Positions 34,201 to 39,495 of a stretch of 39,495 nt of DNA are shown here, piece after piece (the first letter of the stretch is position 1; each line of letters opens with the position of its first letter). This DNA comes from Macrostomum lignano (Eukaryota): positions 1 through 39,495 of the forward strand of contig NIVC01004648.1 in NCBI GenBank assembly GCA_002269645.1, given 5' to 3'. The notes under the pieces are model-generated. The model worked only from the letters and a program-made list of their open reading frames with translations. It made no database searches and was not told the origin of the DNA. The translations under genes and the position numbers were made by a program.

Positions 34201-34267
34201 ACAAGGGTTAAGCACTAAAATCCCCCAGCAATTCGCCCAGCCTCATCCCCAGCATCCCCTTACTCAC

Positions 34268-34809
34268 CCACAAGCGGAATGGCATCGGGTGTAGGCGGCA
34301 GAGTGTCGCCAACAATCATGAGGAACACCACCAGAGCCAGCAGGATGGTCAGCTCCAAGTTGACTTTCTCGCCAGACTCGGCGGGCAAGAAGAAGCCGAG
34401 CCAACTGGTAAGGTACATCAGGGCGCAGGGGAACACCAGGTTCAACACGTAGAACAGTGATCGTCGAGTCATGTCGATGGTGATGGTGATGTCCGGCCAG
34501 GGCTCACTGCAGCAGGCGTACACCCCGGTAGAGCGGGAATAGGCTATGCTGGTCACATTCCACTCTTGACTGGCCTCCGAGAAGTAGTTTCTGTTGGCGT
34601 CCACTGATTCGTCGTGCCACAGGTCCACCTGGTACAGGTGATAAGTCCAGCTGATGAAGGTGACATTGCAGCGCTGCGAGTCGAATGGGAAATACTTGAC
34701 AGCCAAGTTGCAGGTGACCTTCACCAGGGCTGGGAACATCCACAGCACGGAGCCGTTGTGCTGAACAACAATGTTTGTGCTGGCGAAGCGTTTGTTACTG
34801 TCGTCTGCG
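34268..34809 (-). CDS. nAChR alpha subunit, 542-nt exon (Cys-loop, loops B and C with vicinal CC, M1, M2)
   Basis: cccattgcag|, phase 2. Contains SADD...CNLAVKYFPFDSQRC (13-residue Cys loop), SWTY, YACCSEPWPD, RRSLFYVLNLVFPC (M1), LPAESGEKV (M2). Donor G|GTGAGT, phase 1. The motifs most resemble alpha9/alpha10. Confidence 0.95.
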
Positions 34810-34826
34810 CTGCAATGGGAGATTAG

Positions 34827-36906
34827 GGATCAAGGACCACTGTAGCATAACAGGATCAAGGACCACTGTAGCATAACAGGATCAAGGACCACTGTAGCAT
34901 AACAGGATCAAGAACCACTGTAGTATAACAGGATCAAGGACCACTGTAGTATAACAGGATCAAGGACCACTGTAGCATAACAGGATCAAGGACCACTGTA
35001 GCATAACAGGATCAAGGACCACTGTAGCATAACAGGATCAAGAACCACTGTAGCATAACAGGATCAAGGACCACTGTAGCATAACAGGATCAAGAACCAC
35101 TGTAGCATAACAGGATCAAGGACCACTGTAGTATAACAGGATCAAGGACCACTGTAGCATAACAGGATCAAGGACCACTGTAGCATAACAGGATCAAGAA
35201 CCACTGTAGTATAACAGGATCAAGGACCACTGTAGTATAACAGGATCAAGGACCACTGTAGCATAACAGGATCAAGGACCACTGTAGCATAACAGGATCA
35301 AGGACCACTGTAGCATAACAGGATCAAGAACCACTGTAGCATAACAGGATCAAGGACCACTGTAGCATAACAGGATCAAGAACCACTGTAGCATAACAGG
35401 ATCAAGGACCACTGTAGTATAACAGGATCAAGGACCACTGTAGCATAACAGGATCAAGGACCACTGTAGCATAACAGGATCAAGAACCACTGTAGTATAA
35501 CAGGATCAAGGACCACTGTAGTATAACAGGATCAAGGACCACTGTAGTATAACAGGATCAAGGACCACTGTAGCATAACAGGATCAAGGACCACTGTAGC
35601 ATAACAGGATCAAGACCACTGTAGCATAACAGGATCAAGGACCACTGTAGCATAACAGGATCAAGAACCACTGTAGCATAACAGGATCAAGGACCACTGT
35701 AGTATAACAGGATCAAGGACCACTGTAGCATAACAGGATCAAGGACCACTGTAGTATAACAGGATCAAGGACCACTGTAGTATAACAGGATCAAGGACCA
35801 CTGTAGCATAACAGGATCAAGGACCACTGTAGTATAACAGGATCAAGACCACTGTAGCATAACAGGATCAAGGACCACTGTAGCATAACAGGATCACGGA
35901 CCACTGTAGCATAACAGGATCAAGGACCACTGTAGCATAACAGGATCAAGGACCACTGTAGCATAACAGGATCAAGGACCGCTGTAGTATAGCAGGATCA
36001 AGGACCACTGTAGCATAACAGGATCAAGGACCGCTGTAGTATAGCAGGATCAAGGACCACTGTAGCATAACAGGATCAAGGACCACTGTAGCATAACAGG
36101 ATCAAGGACCACTGTAGCATAACAGGATCAAGGACCACTGTAGCATAACAGGATCAAGGGCCGCTGTAGTATAACAGGATCAAGGACCACTGTAGTATAA
36201 CAGGATCAAGGACCACTGTAGCATAACAGGATCAAGGACCACTGTAGTATAACAGGATCAAGGACCACTGTAGTATAACAGGATCAAGGACCACTGTAGT
36301 ATAACAGGATCAAGGACCACCGTAGCATAACAGGATCAAGGACCACTGTAGTATAACAGGATCAAGGACCACTGTAGTATAACAGGATCAAGGACCACTG
36401 TAGTATAACAGGATCAAGGACCACTGTAGTATAACAGAATCAAGAACCACTGTAGTATAACAGGATCAAGGACCACTGTAGCATAACAGGATCAAGGACC
36501 ACTGTAGTATAACAGGATCAAGGACCACTGTAGTATAACAGGATCAAGGACCGCTGTAGCATAACAGGATCAAGGACCACTGTAGCATAACAGGATCAAG
36601 GACCACTGTAGCATAACAGGATCAAGGACCACTGTAGTATAACAGGATCAAGAACCACTGTAGTATAACAGGATCAAGGACCACTGTAGTATAACAGGAT
36701 CAAGGACCACTGTAGCATAACAGGATCAAGGACCGCTGTAGTATAACAGGATCAAGGACCACTGTAGTATAACAGGATCAAGGACCGCTGTAGTATAACA
36801 GGATCAAGGACCACTGTAGTATAACAGGATCAAGGACCGCTGTAGTATAACAGGATCAAGGACCACTGTAGTATAACAGGATCAAGGACCACTGTAGTAT
36901 ACAGGA
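34827..36906 (+). repeat. 26-bp minisatellite (ggatcaaggaccactgtagcataaca), about 80 copies
   Basis: Direct reading. Confidence 0.98.
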
Positions 36907-37064
36907 CGTACGAGGTGCAACTCAAAACTCAAAGATTTTGCGATTTTTTGGAGGCCAAATATCCTGGAAAAAAAAGACACTGCGAGATAAGAAACATTTT
37001 TTACATCACAAAATCAATGACTGCATTTGATTTGGGTGAGTTAAAATTACCATTTCTTTAATTA

Positions 37065-37375
37065 TCCTGTCATACTACAGCGGTTCTTGATCCTGTTTTA
37101 CTACAGTGGTCCTTGATCCTGTTATACTACAGTGGTCCCTGATCCTGTTATACTACAGTGGTCCTTGATCCTGTTATACTACAGTGGTCCTTGATCCTGT
37201 TATGCTACAGTGGTCCTTGATCCTGTTATGCTACAGTGGTCCTTGATCCTGTTATACTACAGCGGTCCTTGATCCTGTTATGCTACAGTGGTCCTTGATC
37301 CTGTTATACTACAGTGGTCCTTGATCCTGTTATGCTACAGTGGTCCTTGATCCTGTTATGCTACAGCGGTCCTTG
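37065..37375 (-). repeat. Same 26-bp minisatellite in inverted orientation, about 12 copies
   Basis: tgttatgctacagtggtccttgatcc is the reverse complement of the unit at 34827-36906. Confidence 0.97.
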
Positions 37376-37995
37376 GCAGCTAAGGATTAGTGCCAGCAGT
37401 AGGCTTCAGTTTAGTTGCCATAAATCAGCGAGAAGGCCAGCAGTCAGGCCCTCGATTCCTCGATCTCATCAGTCGATAATGGCAACAATGAATTCCGCGC
37501 ATTCATTGTTTTTCAAGCTCCAATTATTCAGAATTTCCAATCCCAAAGCATCGCCTCAAGGCATTTCTCTCTCCGCGAATGCGAATTTTTGTAAAGCCAA
37601 GGCAAACAATTGAAACGAATAATGAAATTGAACGGGTTAATGTAATTCATTTTATGTTTAATACTTTGTACTTTTAAATCGGGAAAATTTTAAGCCAAGA
37701 TTGAAGGAGTCGCAGCCACAGAGACACGCAGACGCCAAGCGTTGGCCCACCCTGCTATTTATTTTTTACCAAAGCCTGCCCTCCAAAATTCTAGTGGGCA
37801 GCCAGTTTTAATCAATTCATTTCTTTGACCGCCGATCCGAGCCAATTTTGTCGGATCGCTGAAGCTGAAAAACTGATTGGATTCAACTGATGCTGCTGAA
37901 AGCTTTCTGGGGCCCGAAATTGGATTGTACCGAATAGGTTAGTAAGCATAACTTAGTAAATATGCTGACCCTCTACTGTCAAGCTCTACTCACTG

Positions 37996-38338
<343 letters not shown>

Positions 38339-38343
38339 CGCAC

Positions 38344-38453
38344 CTGTTGGAGATGACAATATCAGGAGTCCATATCGAGCCAGATGGGATATGTATGGAC
38401 TGGGTGCCATTGAACTCGTCCGGCAGCCAAATCAGGTGTTCGTCTGTCCACCG
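38344..38453 (-). CDS. nAChR alpha subunit, 110-nt exon (loop A)
   Basis: ttttcag|CGG TGG...AAC AG|GTGCGT. Reads RWTDEHLIWLPDEFNGTQSIHIPSGSIWTPDIVISN. Confidence 0.9.
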
Positions 38454-38544
38454 CTGAAAATAAGCGTGTACAAAATCGGTAAAGTACTCGCGGGCGGTTG
38501 CAATAAAACATGTGCCAGAAAAGTGATTCGAAATCATCAATTAC

Positions 38545-38589
38545 CAATCGGATTGACAGCAGTATCGTCAAAGTTTGATGCTTTTCGTC
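38545..38589 (-). CDS. Nicotinic acetylcholine receptor alpha subunit (alpha9/alpha10-like), first exon visible in the window (45 nt); earlier exons lie beyond the window or were not found
   Basis: cttcag|GAC...TTG|GTAATT. Reads DEKHQTLTILLSIRL, which aligns with the conserved DEKNQ/DERNQ...W segment (loop D) of nAChRs. Confidence 0.85.
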
Positions 38590-38799
38590 CTGAAGTGTTT
38601 TTGCAATTAAAATATTTAGCACCTCTGTTAGCTACGTATAAAGTTATTCTAAGCTAGCATTTGAAACGATGTAATCTAAGGATTGAGACACTTCATCAAG
38701 TTTCACTTCAAGACATCAGGCTGTCTATAACTAGTTTCAGGCCCTCAGGGTTGTCGCAACGGATGGAAGGATAGTTTCGCTTTAGAAATTTTGAACAAA

Positions 38800-39195
38800 A
38801 ATTCAAGTCTTATTTGAGCTTCAGGCTCTCTAAAACGTTTCAGGCTTCAGCCTCTCTACAGTAAACTTCAGGAACCTAAAGAAAACTTCAGGCTCTCAGC
38901 GGCAAGCTTCAGGCTTTCTACATTAAACTTCAGATTTCCACAGCAAACTTCAGGCTCTCTACAGTAATATTCAGGGTCTCTATAGTAGGCTTCAGGCTCT
39001 CTACAGTAATATTCAGGCGTCTCATATAGTAGGCTTCAGGCTCTCGACAGTTAATATTCAGAGGGTCTCTATAGTAGGCTTCAGGCTCTCGACAGTAATA
39101 TTCAGGGTCTCTATAGTAGGCTTCAGGCTCTCGACAGTAATATCAGGGTCTCTATAGTAGGCTTCGGGCTCTCTACAAAAAGCTTGAAATCGTCC
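38800..39195. repeat. Degenerate 21-bp repeat organised as about 42-bp dimers (caggctctctacagtaatattcagggtctctatagtaggctt)
   Basis: Direct reading. Confidence 0.85.
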
Positions 39196-39495
39196 ACAAT
39201 AAGCTTCAGGCCTCTTACATTAATCTACAGGAATCCTTCCGAGTCAGCCTCCAGCATTCAGTTGTGCTCAATATTCTACGGATTATTCCTAAAGCTTCAG
39301 CGTGGACTGTGTTTTGAGTTCCCTCAAAACTCTCCCTCCATCCAGTAGAGTTTTGTCTGTTTGTCTTGTCTGTTTCTTCTCTCTTTTTTCGCATTAATGC
39401 GAGCAAAGCAACGCTGCATCCAGAATTTAATGCAATTTCTCTGCCTAGGAGAATTCGTAACAAAATTTTGTCAAATTCCAAAAATCCCACTATGA

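Noticed and set aside
37505-37535. CTGATGA-GAT cgagga ATC-GAGG on the minus strand
   Set aside because: No GAAA core, so it is not a hammerhead.
39215-39490. Upstream nAChR exon (LY..L...Y...RPV type)
   Set aside because: No such motif in the minus-strand frames examined. Those exons probably lie outside the window.

Overview
Eukaryotic (invertebrate animal) genomic DNA with GT-AG introns and very dense tandem repeats. The style resembles a free-living flatworm such as Macrostomum, but that is inference only. Four protein-coding genes could be assembled by hand from splice signals and reading phase. (1) A 2-exon SAMD1-type chromatin gene on the minus strand (5295-2493) with an unusual winged helix + second winged-helix-like + double PHD + SAM architecture. 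(2) A compact 4-exon epsin on the minus strand (24975-16866, 311 aa). (3) A small death-fold protein on the plus strand (last two exons 29314-29765). (4) The last four exons of an alpha9/alpha10-like nicotinic receptor alpha subunit on the minus strand (38589-30317), with several ligand-binding aromatics substituted. Most other ORFs in the track are artefacts of about 18 mini/microsatellite arrays. Main non-coding highlights: a 226-bp inverted repeat upstream of epsin in which each arm carries a Penelope-type minimal hammerhead ribozyme (25387-26084); two intronic fold-back structures built from inverted tandem arrays (epsin intron 3 and a receptor intron); and several GCGCCA-core arrays upstream of the gene for a predicted GCGC-binding SAM protein. 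No rRNA, intact tRNA or CRISPR array was seen.
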